Shown here: positions 1-15,689 of the stretch, piece by piece
Layout: every line of letters starts with the position of its first letter
Position numbering within the stretch: the stretch's first letter is position 1
Source: Octopus sinensis
Lineage: Eukaryota
Direction of reading: 5' to 3'
DNA length: 64,000 bases
NCBI RefSeq assembly: GCF_006345805.1
Contig: NC_043002.1
Location: forward strand, 116,932,001-116,996,000
Translations under genes and position numbers: made by a program
The notes under the pieces: model-generated
Database searches by the model: none
What the model saw: only the letters and a program-made list of their open reading frames with translations
Told to the model about the DNA's origin: nothing

Positions 1-721
1 CGGCCAACTGTCCCACTGCAACTACCTGACACACATCCACATATCCCACAGAAAACCCTACACCCAATATACTTCAAGTCAACCCACTTGGAGCTCTGTC
101 GGTTTTATGCCAACTCCCGTCATATGTGCCCCTGAGCAATCACAAAGAGTTGAGAGAGTGACTGAAAGTAACTATAAGTATGTGTGTGTAGAGAGAATGA
201 GAGAGACAGAGAGTGAGCGGTATGGGGAAGAAAGAAAGTAAGAAACAAATAACTAAAAACACAAAGCTAAGCTCTTCGATTCAGAGAAAACAAATAGGGC
301 CGAATTATCTTTACTCTTCATTTGTAATTGACTAACTCATACTCAGACTTGTGTTTATTTTACGCCTGTACTGATTTTCAATATATTATCATGGGCCATG
401 AGTCAATTATTAGCCTAATAGTTTGCGGAAACTGTTCTGTAACTCGTTACGCAAGATCATATATGATTTCAGCGCGTTTTCTATGAACGTGAAGGCGATC
501 AACATGCTATAAACACTGAGTTTTGCTATCTAATACATAATCTCTACTTTTCTATTTTAACTAAAAAAATTTTCAGAGACATTAACATAACCTAAAGTAA
601 AGTTTGTATTTGCTGTCTGCTAGTTTTGTGCCCCTTTCCGTTAACAAAAGTAAAGCATATAAGTAAAAATGAAGGTTGTCGTGTGTGTGTGTTTGCGCGC
701 GAGTGTGTGTGTGTGCATGCC

Positions 722-790
<69 letters not shown>

Positions 791-3700
791 TATGCCTGGC
801 CATGGGATTATTTATATCAAAAGGCAACTTAGCTATATAATAAAAGAAGTCAATAACAAATAGTAGGCTGAATAATTATTGGGGCCGATATGATCGATTA
901 AGATCATTGTAGACAGTCCCTGTACATAGGCACAATTGAGTGAGTAGTACCAGCAAAAGGATAAAGTAGCATATATATGTATGCGCTTGTATTCGCGTAT
1001 AAGTACCTGGTCATAAGAATATACGTAATAGTGAAACATACGTGTATTCATGACTTTCAAATAACTAAGCTTATATTTTATTAAAATAGTCAATGGATGA
1101 GCTGTAAACAATGAAAGATTGGCTACGGTTACGTATTGCAACATACAATTCAAAAGATAGATTCCCTATAACATTTTCGATATATTTAAACGAACAAATA
1201 CTTTCTTTGCAATTAAACAGAATTGCAAAGATAGATGAAATTAGAAATACATACCATTTTTTATAACTGCTTATCTTGATGTGTCTCAGGCTGGTAGATG
1301 ATGCTGAAATATTAACTTACTTCTCACTGCCAGTGTTCGTTTATTACCCAGTGAAACATGTTAGAGTACTGCCACCCTCCAAATATTGGAGAATATTCAC
1401 TAAACAAATGATTTATTCAATATCAAAAATTATGCTATTTCTATTAGAATCTTAGACATATTTTAAATAAAATAGACTATCACCACTTGAATATAAATGT
1501 TCCTTAGAACTTCTTAGAACTTGTTTTACTCTTTATTTAGTATATATGAAAACAAAAGAATATGTTTTGCGTTGGGTGAAATGATTAATTCAACAACTAA
1601 ATTAGATATTTTATTCTAAGGTTTTATCCTCAAAGACTGTCTAAAATTTGTTATTAACATCTCAAAATTTCAAACTTTTACTAAGGCAGTTTCAATTAGA
1701 TCACTTTTCGGATACACTCTCATGATTGAGAGAGTCGATCTAAAAGAAGTCAATTTAAAATTTCTAAATAAAGATTCTAACACTAATTTCACTGTTAAAA
1801 GCAGCAAGAAAAATATTTGCAATAAACCTTCCAAAACTTCTGGTTAAGATTTACTTAAGCGTACCTTAAGCGTCTATTTTGATTGGATTGAATTATCAAA
1901 TTGATTCCCTCCAAAATATCCGCCCTGTGAAGACCGCAGATTCCACACTAGAACATAGTATATATATAATATTGCATGTACATACATTATATATATGTAC
2001 AAGAGCACATATATATGTGTGTGTGCGTGTGTGTGTATGTGTGTATAGATGTATAAATACACATATACATATTCATGCGCACACTCACACATACCTAAAT
2101 CCATACTTACACATGCACACATGCACTCATATATACGCATGTTAGTATGGAACTGATAAAATGAGTACTCAGTATTAGGAAGGTGAGTAAATAATATTTT
2201 TTAATGTAATATTTGTTACCTCTCTGATATAAAATATTTCCTGCTGGCATCGATAAACTTTTTCAATAAGACTTCAAAATGCAAATGATAAACTGTGTGC
2301 TTTAATGCATGACTGCATCCGCATTTAGAATTCTGTTGGGAAAACTACTCCCAGCAAGAAACATTTAGTACTAGAGAAATAACAAAATTTCAATAAAAAG
2401 ATTTATATAAAGACAGACACATAGGCTCACAGCCACAGCCACACACACTTCTACAAATATATAAACATATGCATATACACAAATTCATAGATATATGCGT
2501 GCACTTCAAAATAAGAACATATACTTGAAAGTACATGTAAGGATATACCTATATATAAGAAAACTAAAGGTCCACGCACGCTCATATAAGCACACACACA
2601 CTTATACACAGGCACTTGAGGATTTGAACAAACGTTCATATATACGCGCTTACCTACATATAAATTCAGTGTATACATAAATTCTATGCATACAACACAC
2701 TCATGTGTACACTTAGACATATGCTCACATATATTAAAATAAACGTGTAAAAACACTACAACAGATACTCAAGAATATGACAATATTGTAGCCATACTCA
2801 CAGATGCTTAGTAATATATATATAGCCATAAGTACGTGTATATCAATACACAAATGTACACACATAAATATATGAATGTACAATCACAAACGCATACACA
2901 TCATAAGTATGCATACATAATATATTGCGTATGTGAGAGTGTATAACGATGTAGTTGAAAAATATTACTCAAACTATTCATTGCCTCTGTAAATCGTACG
3001 TAATTATTAGATATTATTGAGTTTCATAATTACTGTGGCATGAAACTTTTGGATCTTGAGTCACTGATGTATGTTTCCGGCTGTAAATAAAATACATAAA
3101 TACTCTGCTTTTTATGTTGAATTCTATATCTCCTGTCAGTACAATTTGGCCTATCACACACACACACATACACACACAGATACACACACACACACACACA
3201 CACTCACACACAACATACACACAACACACACATACACACAAACACACGCCCGCAGACACATATATTTGTTTGTGTGTGTGTGCGTGTTTATGTGTGTGTG
3301 AGAGTGTATGTGCGTTTGCATGAGTGTCTTTTGCTTGAATGTATGTATGTAATTCGTGTATGTGTCAAAATGTTGAAATACTGGCAGAAAACAAGCTATT
3401 GGTATCTCAAATCCATCGTTCAAATAATTTTGTAATTCAAATTAATAAACCATCTGGTCAGATAAACATATCGAAATATAACAACAGGTCTAACATATTG
3501 CCCCATATACATCAGAAATTCATGCCGAAAGAAAGATAAAACAAAATAAAGAACAAAATACACATTCAGAATTCGATAACCATTAAACAAAAAATATAAA
3601 ACAAAATAATAAATAAAATTAGAGAATAAGAAAAATACGGACAATATATTCAATAAGGGCTAAAAGATCACATTGACATGACAAGACAAAGCAAGATACA

Positions 3701-4260
3701 ACCAATTTAGATGTATCACATTGCGATTACATTAAAAAAAAATGCTTAATACATTTGGGATAAGCTCAAGGTTATTTGGATCATAACCCAACAGAGACAG
3801 TTACAGTAAAGAGTAAGGCCCACAGTTATTCTCAAGGTTTATTCCTATAATGACCTTACATAATAGAATTTGCAGTGTCAAACAGATGTACACAGGATAA
3901 ACGGATGCTATATTTACTGCCATACTGTTCAACACAAATACATTGTCATAGCCAGGCTTATATACAGGTTAATCATATTTAATCAGTTAATCAGTTGTAT
4001 TGTCTGAGTACATAGGCACAGAGGCAATGCAACTGACTACACAATTAAAATTAGACACGCAAAGTACGATACATTAACATAGACCAGATTTGAAATTCAT
4101 ACACAAACATGTAATCAACATATATGCACAGATACATAGCAGCATAATTACAAACAGGTGACTTAATCCATAAGATTACAGTTAGTCACATATATAGCAA
4201 TATTCTAACAATATTCATATACACACACACATACATACATACATACATTCATACATACAT

Positions 4261-4349
<89 letters not shown>

Positions 4350-4611
4350 CATACATATAGTGGAGAATTAGAGTCAATTAAGAAATATGTTCCTATGTAT
4401 ACGTGAGATAGTATTCTTAAAATGAACATGCATGAATTATACACAACACGTTGTCAGTTATTTTATAAATACATTCCAGGATGATGAAAAAAAACTTAAT
4501 AGTGATTTTCCCTCCTTTCTACTAAGTAGATAATATCTTGCCTATTTTTCATAAAGAAAAACAGTCCTAAATTTAATCAATGTAATAAATTATAATTTAA
4601 GAAAGTAAGAA

Positions 4612-4655
<44 letters not shown>

Positions 4656-4961
4656 TATATGAAGCAGTCGAAAGAAAGCATGCATTACAAATTAAAATAT
4701 CGTAACGGTGCAGAGCCATGCAGTGCAAAGGACAATGAGATGTGTAAGAAATTTAGTGGGTTCCTTTTTTTAAACTGAATTACATTATTGTATTTAATTA
4801 TAAGTTATTCGAAAGTCTCCTGGTGCAACTAAGAGCATCAATTTTTGTTAGTATGAGTATAATTTATACTAAAAGTATTTCCACTCTCTGAATACATACA
4901 CATATATACATATTTATATATGTATAAATATATATATATATATATATACGTATGTATGTAT

Positions 4962-5007
<46 letters not shown>

Positions 5008-5037
5008 ATTATATAATATATATATATGTATATGTAA

Positions 5038-5093
<56 letters not shown>

Positions 5094-5429
5094 CACATGC
5101 CCCTGTATGTGTTGTGCATGCGTGTTGTGTGTGTATGTATATTGAGTACACATTTTAACATACATTGTAATTAATATTTTAACCGATGTCTTTATATCGG
5201 AAAATTAATTAAAATTTTTTGATATGTAATATTATTTACATGTTTTTACGTAACACGTATATATATTTGACGTATGTATCTCCCTTCATACTATCTCAAA
5301 TTTACACATAGTATATAAACATATATATACCCAAACATATTTATATACATATATACACACACACACACTCACATATATATATAGATACATACATACATAT
5401 GTACATGTGTGTAATTATAATACAATGTA

Positions 5430-5610
5430 TCTTTCTACTAGAGAGAAGGCTTGGCATTTTGAGCGAAAGGACTAGTCGATTCCTTCGACACTAGTCCTAA
5501 TATGATATTTATTTCATCGATCACGATAGACGAAAGGCAAAGTTAACCTCGGCGCAATTTGATCGTAAAATGTAAAGACACAGAGAAAATGCTTAGAGCC
5601 ATACCGCCTT
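5430..5610 (-). mobile_element. Degenerate SINE
   Basis: Minus strand gccgaggttaactttgcctttc...gatgaaataaat matches the copy at 19830-19980. Confidence 0.6.
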
Positions 5611-5852
5611 ATTTGTACAAATAATAATATGAAGACAAAAAGAACTTTTTACTTTTGAGCCACTAATAAATAAGAATTGCTGAACGCTGGAACACACACA
5701 CACATCCATAGATATGTGTGTGTGTGCGTGCGTGTGTGTGTGTGTGTGTAAATATGTATATATGTACGTATGAATAGGCATATGCACTTGCACGCGCATA
5801 CGCACACATACATGCATGCATACATGCATACATACATACATATATATATCCA

Positions 5853-5901
<49 letters not shown>

Positions 5902-5948
5902 CTCTCTCTCTCTATATATATATATACATATATATATATATACATATA

Positions 5949-6030
<82 letters not shown>

Positions 6031-6412
6031 CACATATACATATATATATATATATAGGGTATAGTTTGGGGAGTAAGCGTCATAAATTCACTTTCTAGCT
6101 TCGGCCGTAGGAAGTTGAAACTTGATAGCTTTGTGATGAGTGGTCACTCTACATCCATCCATCGCTACAGGTTTATAGCTTTATGTTTTATAGAGTGTAT
6201 GTGCGTGCATATACACACACATATATATATACATACATACATACATACATACATACACATACATACATACATACATACATACATACATACATACATGCAT
6301 ACACAGGCGTATGCATACGTACATACATACACACATATATGCATACATACACACATACATACGTACATATAAATGACGAACTAACTGTTATATTCTTAGA
6401 TGCAGCACGGAC

Positions 6413-6462
6413 TTTGTCAGTGAACAGGTCGCGGATTTTAGCGACGAAAATATTTTGACAAA
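6413..6462 (+). ncRNA. Hammerhead-like motif with a swapped G3:C8 core (GTGAACA)
   Basis: tttgtca GTGAACA g-gtcgc ggatttta gcgac GAAA atattt tgacaaa: 7-bp stem I, 5-bp stem II, palindromic AATATT stem III. Confidence 0.55.
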
Positions 6463-6538
6463 TAAACTTAAATGTTGAAGTGAATCGAACGGCTTTTGGT
6501 GTGTTTCTTAAATGGCTTATAAACCCTTCCACGCTGCA

Positions 6539-7169
<631 letters not shown>

Positions 7170-7170
<1 letters not shown>

Positions 7171-7888
7171 AAACAATCATATAAACACCAAAGTTGACAT
7201 GGCCGCAGAATGTGTTCCTGGATTTTCAGAACTTTCCAGTCGAGAGATATCCACACCATTATCCTTCTCTTCTCCACTTTTGCCCGACCCCACCTTGAAT
7301 ACTGTTGTCCACTATGGTCTCCCCACACAATACAAGGTATCATAAAAGTTGAAGCACCTCAAAGGTCAATCACAAAAAAGATAGATGGCATGACAGGCCT
7401 CGACTATTGGGGTCGACTAGAAAAGCTAAAACTTTATTCTCTCCAACGTCGTCGTGAGCGCTACATCATCTGCATGATGTGGAAAATATTCCATCAGCAT
7501 TGCCCAAATGATGTTGGCATCACCTTTAAGGTACATCCAAGGCTTGGGCCCCGTGCCATCCGCCCACAACAAAAATCGCACTCTCATCTCATAACAACAA
7601 TACGGCACAATTATTTCACCTCAATTGGCCCCGCTCTCTTTAACATTACACCAAAACACATTAAAACAGAAACAGACCCTATAGGGTTCAAGAAGTCTTT
7701 GGACAGATTCCTTCAAGAAATCCCGGATAAACCTCCTACACCCGGATATGTCTCTGTAAACAATAACTCTCTACTTGAGTGGGCCATAGTGCCCAAATTC
7801 TGACTTGAAAGACTTCACCAGGTGGTGCTATTAAGTTAGACATGGCCTGGGCCAATAATTGCCGAAACCTATCAAAGTATCAAAGTAA

Positions 7889-7890
<2 letters not shown>
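7170..7890 (+). mobile_element. 5'-truncated CR1/L2-group LINE (C-terminus of RT ORF, 3' UTR and short tandem tail)
   Basis: ORF 7210-7803 has RPHLEYCCPLWSP, LDYWGRLEKLKLYSLQRRRERY and FKKSLDRFLQEIPDKP. It ends in tatcaaag-tatcaaag-taag and is inserted in (TA)n. Confidence 0.9.
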
Positions 7891-7923
<33 letters not shown>

Positions 7924-8479
7924 AGACCATACACAATGAAGAACTCTAAGAAAGCGATGAAAGTAGCCGAAATTTCGATAAATTTTCAGCAAATCAAAAG
8001 TAATTTCGTGTAAGTGCCTATCCTTTCAATTAGTCTTGCTTCACGATGGTATCTCTAGATACTAGAAATCGCATCCACTGTCGTTCGTAATCATCCTGTC
8101 TTGTTTTCAACAACTAACGACTAAACAATCTGATTCAAATAAGCCTTCCCTTAACTACACGAACTGAAACAAACAAAAAAAGAACAACAGCAGCGCAAAA
8201 ATATGAATCGAAGAACAATACAAAAACATGAATGGCAAAGTTTGGGAGTAATCACCCCTAGTTGGAATTTTATGGAGGAGTCTTGGAGTAGCTGTCGTTT
8301 ATCACTAGATTATTTTGATTCTTGCTATTTTTCTTCACGCTTCTAGTATTACTGTGCTTCAAATATATGATGGCGAGCAAAACATCGTGTGAGCAAAATA
8401 TCAATGAAAATAAAATCTTTAATAATGGGGCAAGTATAAAAATAGTTTTGTTATATACATGCATATATATTTATTTTCT

Positions 8480-8701
8480 TTTGTTCTTTTAATTTTTTCA
8501 GTCATTTGACTGCGGCCATGCTGGAGCACCGCCTTTAGACGAGCAAATAGACGCAAGGACTTATTCTTTGTAAGCCTAGTACTTATTCTATCGGTAATCT
8601 TTTACCGAATCGTTACGGAGATGTAAACACACCACCATCAGTTGTCAAGTGATGTAGGGGGGACAAACACATACACATAAACATACACACACACACACAC
8701 A

Positions 8702-8749
<48 letters not shown>

Positions 8750-8911
8750 ATATATATATATATATATACGACAGGTTTCTTTTAGATTCCGTCTACGAAA
8801 TCCAATCACAGGCTATAGTACAGGATACTTGCCCAAGGTCCCACGCACTGGGAACCCGGAACCATGTGGCTGGTAAGCAAGCTACTTACCACACAGCCAC
8901 TCCTGCTCCTG
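8480..8911 (-). mobile_element. tRNA-derived SINE with an internal (CA)n/(TA)n tract
   Basis: Minus-strand head ggagtggctgtgtggtaag...ggttccgggttc (A/B-box-like), CORE-like ccttgggcaagt, and tail ggcggtgctccagcatggccgcagtcaaatgactgaaa. Confidence 0.85.
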
Positions 8912-8947
<36 letters not shown>

Positions 8948-9362
8948 ATATATACATACATACATATATGTATGTGTGTGTATATGTATATATATATATA
9001 TATATATGTGGGGGGGAAGTTATAAGCCTGAGTACCTAAAGACCTATACTTGTCACGCACATTGATACGAAACTTGACAGCACCAAACCGATTGTACTTA
9101 ACAAAGAAAATGTTGTTGCTCAGTTCTAAATCCTACCGGTCGCTGGTTACTTAACACCACCTGTCCTCTGCGATCATCATGGACAATCTCCCAAAGAGTA
9201 GCGCATCTACCTTATTTCCTCGAAATAAGGCAAAGGAATCTAAACTCTTAACACCTACGCATTCAATATTTTGACAAGAATTGATTTATGAGATATCCCG
9301 ATCAACATACTATGCTATATATATATTATATATACAAACACACGCATACACACACACACACA

Positions 9363-9413
<51 letters not shown>

Positions 9414-9414
<1 letters not shown>

Positions 9415-9778
9415 TGGAGGCGCAATGACCCAGTGGTTAGGGCAGCAGATTCGTGGTCGTAGGATCGCGGTTTCGATTGTCAGACCGGGCGTTGTGAGTG
9501 TTTATTGAGCGAAAACACCTAAAGCTCCACGAGGCGCCGGCAGGGGGCGGTGGTGAACCTTGCTGTACACTTTCACCACGATTTTCTCTCACTCTTTCTT
9601 ACTGTTTCTGTTGAACCTGTATGTCAAAGAACCACTGAACGCTGAATCTTCCTGAGAACTAGGTTAAGGGTACACGTGTCTGTAGAGTGCCCAGCCACTG
9701 CACGTTGATTTCACGAGCAGGCTGTTCCGTTGATTGGATCAACTGGAACCTTCGTCGTCGTAACCGACGGACTGCCAT
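9414..9778 (+). mobile_element. tRNA-derived SINE
   Basis: ggcgcaatgacccagtggttag...ggtttcgatt (A/B-box-like); its 3' part is shared with 43972-44262; flanked by (TA)n. Confidence 0.8.
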
Positions 9779-9779
9779 G

Positions 9780-9839
<60 letters not shown>

Positions 9840-9885
9840 TAATATATACATATATATATATAATATATATAATTTTATATATATA

Positions 9886-9937
<52 letters not shown>

Positions 9938-10989
9938 GAGGAGAATGGAAAATCTTTTAGAATTATTTATTCGCCGTTAAGCGTGTTTCATTCTCTAATA
10001 GAAGTTACAACATTGTATACGTAACAGAAAACATGTAAGACATCTCCTATAAAAAATTCTTCAGTGTATTATTTGCTACTCTGCCTGTCAGAATTTCTAA
10101 TAGGCGATATCTTCTCTTGATTGGAATACTGAAAAAAACTATGTGTTTCAAGAGGACACACCTTCGATTTACCCCATTTACATAGCTACATAATACATAC
10201 ACACACACAAACATATGTGTGTGTGCACGCGCGCATGCCTGTGCGTGTGTTTGTACATTATATATAACGCAAGTACGTGCATTTTGTGTGTGTAATACAT
10301 ATATTAATACATATACAAACAAAGAATTGTGAAAATATTGTCACTCTTTACACTTTGAATCAATTAAATTTGCATTCATTGAATGTCTTTCATACGGGAT
10401 GAGATTCTCATTCTACACAATTTTAGTTATTGCTGTTTAAACTATCATTGTACTGCCCCGTTTATGTTCAGATACAACTTGTGAAGTAAAATATGTTACT
10501 TTATTGCAAAAATATTTAAAATATATTAAGAGAGAAGCATCACTTACCTCTCTATATCTTCTCTATATTTCAACAACCGACAAATAAAACTTCACCACGA
10601 TATTTACAAATAATATCTGTCATAGAAACAGCACACTCAACACACACATGCACCCACATATATCTATAAATGCATATGTATTGTTGTGTGTGAGTGCTTT
10701 TCAAAAGGAAATGTTTCTATATAAAGTAATATATTACTTAAATTCTGAATAGTCGTTTTGTACACTTATGCCCACAATTGAAATATTGTTATCTATATAT
10801 GAATAATTTAGACTACATGACGAAAAGGCCAACCGACTCTACTTTTGCTACTACAATTTTTATTCAAGAGCTCTTACATGCTAATTTATTTAGGAAGAAC
10901 TTCATTTTGAGATATGGTGACATTTCTCTTCAAATCTCAAGAATCTTCGTTAGGATTCTTACTGAATACAGGATGGTATTTTCTGCAGA

Positions 10990-11380
10990 TCGTTCATGCT
11001 TCTCTCAATTCTAATAGCAGCCTCTGCAGCGTCTTAGATAGTAAATTGAGTGTCGTGTGATGTGTGCCAATTACCACAGGAACAATCGTCATCTTTGTGT
11101 TTCAAAAGGTCTTCATCTTTCTTGCCAGGTTCTTGTGTTTTTCAGTTTTCTGAAGTTTTAATCATATCCATTCCAGCATCATATAGTATTTGAAACTCTG
11201 TGTTCTAATAATGTCTATTTTTTTCTCTTTTGCTTCAATAGTATGGTTGGTCTTTACGGAAAAATCTTCTAGAATCCTGTAATTGTAATTCATCTTTACA
11301 AATTCTGGTTTTTGGTCACATTTTCCTGTCACTTTGAATCCACAAACTTCCCAATGTACACTTTATGAATAAAATCATTA
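10990..11380 (-). mobile_element. Old degenerate R4/Dong-type RLE fragment
   Basis: The minus strand gives VHWEVCGFKVTGK..QKPE....NYRIL.DFSVKTNHTIEA-like remnants, matching the same domain as 11764-12436. Confidence 0.6.
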
Positions 11381-11656
11381 TATTAGCAAAGCTTTTGCAA
11401 AATAATTGTAGTATTGAAAGCAGTCACGGAAGAAAGAGAGTATCAGTGTGTTTACAGTATACTATTGTTAGTGAGTGAACGTTTGCGATTTACTCGGGTA
11501 GTTTTTCTTCACGAAGTCAAAAATATTGAAGAGTGTAACAACTAATCCATCTTGGTTATGAGAATGTAAGGCTTGCTTAAAAGGTAAGTAATCTTTTCGT
11601 CTCCTTGTCCACAGATTCTGCGTATGCTCTCTGACTAATTAGCAATTCAGCCACAT

Positions 11657-11763
<107 letters not shown>

Positions 11764-12435
11764 AGAGCAAACACTAAGAACAAACTACATAAAATACAGA
11801 GTAGACAACATATCAGAAAGTGATAAGTGCAGAATCTGTGGACGTATGGCATATTACCAGTCAATGTACACCACTAGTCCAAAAGGAATATAAGAGACGC
11901 AACGACAACATAGCAACGCTTGTCCATTAGACACTTTGCAAGAAGTATGGACTTGACAGAGCAAAAAATTGGCACGACCACAAACCCGAAGGCATCATTG
12001 AAAATGATAGTGCAAAGATCCTGTCGGATTTTATGATTCAGTGCGACGATGCGATAGAGAATAGGAAGCCAGACATAGTCGTAATTGAGAAAGAAACTAA
12101 ACTATGCTGGATCATAGATATAGCATGCCCAACTGACAACACGGATAAGGAAGAAAGAAAAGTCGACAAGTATGTCAGGTTATCTTGGGAGGTAAAGCAG
12201 TTGTGGTCGATGAAAAAGGTGGTCGGAGGTCTGAGAACAGTGAGTAAAAATCTCTAGAAGTACATGGAACAAATAGGGGTTGCAATAAGGGTAGATCACT
12301 TGCAGAAAACAGCACTGATTGGAACCGCTCGAACACACCGTAAGGTGCTCGAAAAATAAGAGGTGCTACCTTAGTCCACTGGTAGTGAACAGCTGACACC
12401 TAGTACATCTCCAGCATTAGAAGCAGTGCAAAGGC

Positions 12436-12436
<1 letters not shown>
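11764..12436 (+). mobile_element. 5'-truncated R4/Dong-type non-LTR element (CCHC knuckle plus restriction-like endonuclease)
   Basis: EQTLRTNYIKY..DKCRICG, KPEGIIENDSAKIL.DF.IQCD..IENRKPDIVVIEK...IIDIACP and HLQKTALIGTAR read across frameshifts. Flanked by (TAA)n(GAT)n upstream and (TAA)n downstream. Confidence 0.88.
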
Positions 12437-12512
<76 letters not shown>

Positions 12513-12584
12513 TAATAATAATAATAATAATAATAATAATAGCACTGTTCTCTCACATAATATATTATTATTATAATTATTATA

Positions 12585-12646
<62 letters not shown>

Positions 12647-12660
12647 CGTCGTTGGCGTTG

Positions 12661-12691
<31 letters not shown>

Positions 12692-12787
12692 GGCTACGAC
12701 CGAGTTGGCTTTTCCTGCTCTGTACCCACTACATTGACAGAGCTTTAATTTCATGTTCTGTATGTGTATGTGTACTTGTGCCTCTCT

Positions 12788-12828
<41 letters not shown>

Positions 12829-13515
12829 TTCTACGAATATCCTCAATGTAGCTTGTTTCCATCCTCTATTAAGAGCGAGTAAGTTTCCAAACTAAAGTAT
12901 CTGCCATTCAGAAGTTCTACTAAACATCAGATTTTTCGAATCAAACATCTCTTGCAATATATCCATTTTAACATTTTCAACTCTAAAAGCTGCGTATAAA
13001 CGTCATTGCTCCATATATAGAGGAATCTACGTACATCTGTTCAAGCTGTCACTCTCACCAACACCACCATTCGCTCAAGGCCTTCAAAAATCATTATAGC
13101 CTGTACAATGAAGAATACGCGTTAATAATTAAAATGAAGGTACATGTAACGGGACTAACTTCATTTTAATCAGGAAATTTTCAATAAACAATAACTTTAT
13201 CTTTCAAATTCAATAATGATGCCATAAAAACTAAGCCATGACGTTCAGTAACTACATGTGAAGTTCACTGACTGACATCAGCAAAAGGCTGATGGAACAG
13301 AGTTAATTCTGATTCGGCTAGAATTAAAGGAAGTAGATCTGAGCAGTCGCACAGACAAGAGAAAGGAATCGAATGTCGTAGAACAGCTGGTCAGCTGTTC
13401 TCAGGCAATCAGTTGTTTGATTGTCACACATATCAATATTTGAGTCATCGGCACAAAATAAAAACAAAGACTGCTTTTATCTAAAGGGCTAAATATGGCA
13501 GATAACATTCGTATA

Positions 13516-13563
<48 letters not shown>

Positions 13564-13997
13564 CCCACCGCTCTTTCACGCATGCATTATAACAGAATCG
13601 GTCCACAAGGATCACAGTACAAAAAGAACATTCACTAATATGGCTTTCCTTATGGGATCGTTGTGTCCATTACAATCCTTTAGCAATGGACATATGATAA
13701 AAAGACAACCTTCACTCATCCAAATCTCAACTATTCATTTTTCTTGATGGGGTGGTAGTTTTATTGCTTATCTGGTACAACATTCCATTATCACAATTAC
13801 ACTTTATAAACCATAAGAATGTTACACGAAGATTCAGTTCAATACACAAACAAATACACACACATACACACGCATACACACACACAAACACAGGCACACA
13901 TACATGCACACGTACACGCACAGACACACATACATACATGCATACACTCACATACACCCATTCACACGCACATACACACCTACACACATACACACAT

Positions 13998-14038
<41 letters not shown>

Positions 14039-15689
14039 TATATAATACATTACAAGTGATGTCAAGAACAAAACACGACTAACCAATACTTAGTTTATAG
14101 TATTGCACAACTATTTGTGCATGACTTTAATTTTAATACAAAGTACCAGGATGAAGATAATCATCAGATTACTAATAGACATATATTATTGAAATAGATT
14201 ATTATGAAATACCATTCATCAAATATCCAATTTAACATAGCAAAAAGTACAAAAAAGTGCAAGAATGTGAAAAAATTACAAATTCGCAAAGATATAGTCC
14301 ATTGTTATTTAACATAAATATTATTGGAGATAGTTTCACTTTCACTCCGAGCAATTTTATCTAAACAATCTAATTATAATAGCATAAATACTCATATGGG
14401 ATTTATGCACTCGAAATGACAACTGTCAGTGTTTCAGCGAGTTATCAATAATTTTGATTTCAAATCCCAAAACTAAAGAAGATAATATAACTGAATACTA
14501 AATTACTAAGAAAGGAAACTTTTATGGACCACTACGTTAATTCTTTCTAAATGTGGATGAAAAATTACTACAGAGGTTTCATATGATATACGGAGGTTGT
14601 GAGACAGTCGCACTTTTAAAATAAATTGGTAAATCATAAGCTATAATAAACATAAACTGTTTTAACCAAAGTACAACTGAAAGATTTCTCGTCTTAATTA
14701 ATGTCATAAAATCAACCAACGCCTTAAATAAATGTTTTGAAACTTTTACAAAATATGCAAACATTTGAACAAATTTCGTTTAAGACATTTAGTAGCTCTA
14801 GCTTAATCGTTGGGGAAGATTTAGACGGAAGTTTCATACGTGCTCTTCGATGTTCAACAAAATCAATTCCTCCTCCCACTTGATATTAGTTTACCGGCAT
14901 TTTCCTTTCCCCACTCTTCCCATTAAATTATAAAGTGTATGTATGCATTTAAATATATCAATTGAATTTAATTAAATACATACAAGACCGTATACATAAA
15001 TGCGTAAGTGTATGTGTAAGTGTTTTATGGAAGCAACAGTTAAATCGATGGTGACCGAAGACATTTATTCATATAAAAGTTAATAGCGCCCAGTATCGAT
15101 GTTGTAAACTTCCAGCTGGGTTTAACGATAACATTTTGAGAAGAAAAATATGGTTCGAGTAAGCGATCTTATAAATGCAATTGGAACACAAAGTGCTGCA
15201 AAATATCATATATTTACCTTTACTAAAGTTTCTTCAATTGCTTGTGTGCAAAAGAGATATTTATAACACATCACCGTATGTCCCTAGTGCATTTATAAGA
15301 ATGTTACTTAAACCATATATTTTTCGTTCGAAGTTTATCTCAATATGCTTTCATTCAGCCTAGCTGGATATTCATGGCACGTCGCCAGCTACACTGAACT
15401 CTAGTAATAATATGTATTTGAATAAATTTCTTCGGTCATTGTCCATGTCTTCATAAAACAAGCATACACATATATTCACACACAGATATATACATAATGC
15501 ATTATAATGTTATAGTTTGCTTAAATCATAGTGCAGTAGGGTTAAACGTGATTTAGGATGTGACTGCTGTGCAAGTTGGAAAAGAACGAAAAGCAGCAAA
15601 ACAGAAACAAAAAAGTTTACACTTCTATTTTTTATCGCAATATTTCGGCTAAAAATCTTTTATCAGGAAATATGAAGAATGGGTCTAAT

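Noticed and set aside
833-1153. ORF segment WYYSLN...LSTMILI as the missing M3 exon of the receptor
   Set aside because: The DNA aligns with the degenerate 3' tail of the SINE family seen at 8480-8600, and it has no suitable splice sites or proper M3 pattern.
9414-9490. tRNA gene
   Set aside because: The tRNA-like head does not close a cloverleaf and runs on into a SINE body.
10548-10616. Minus-strand 69-nt segment with a perfect AG|GTAAGT donor
   Set aside because: It has stops in all frames and cannot be supported without transcript data.
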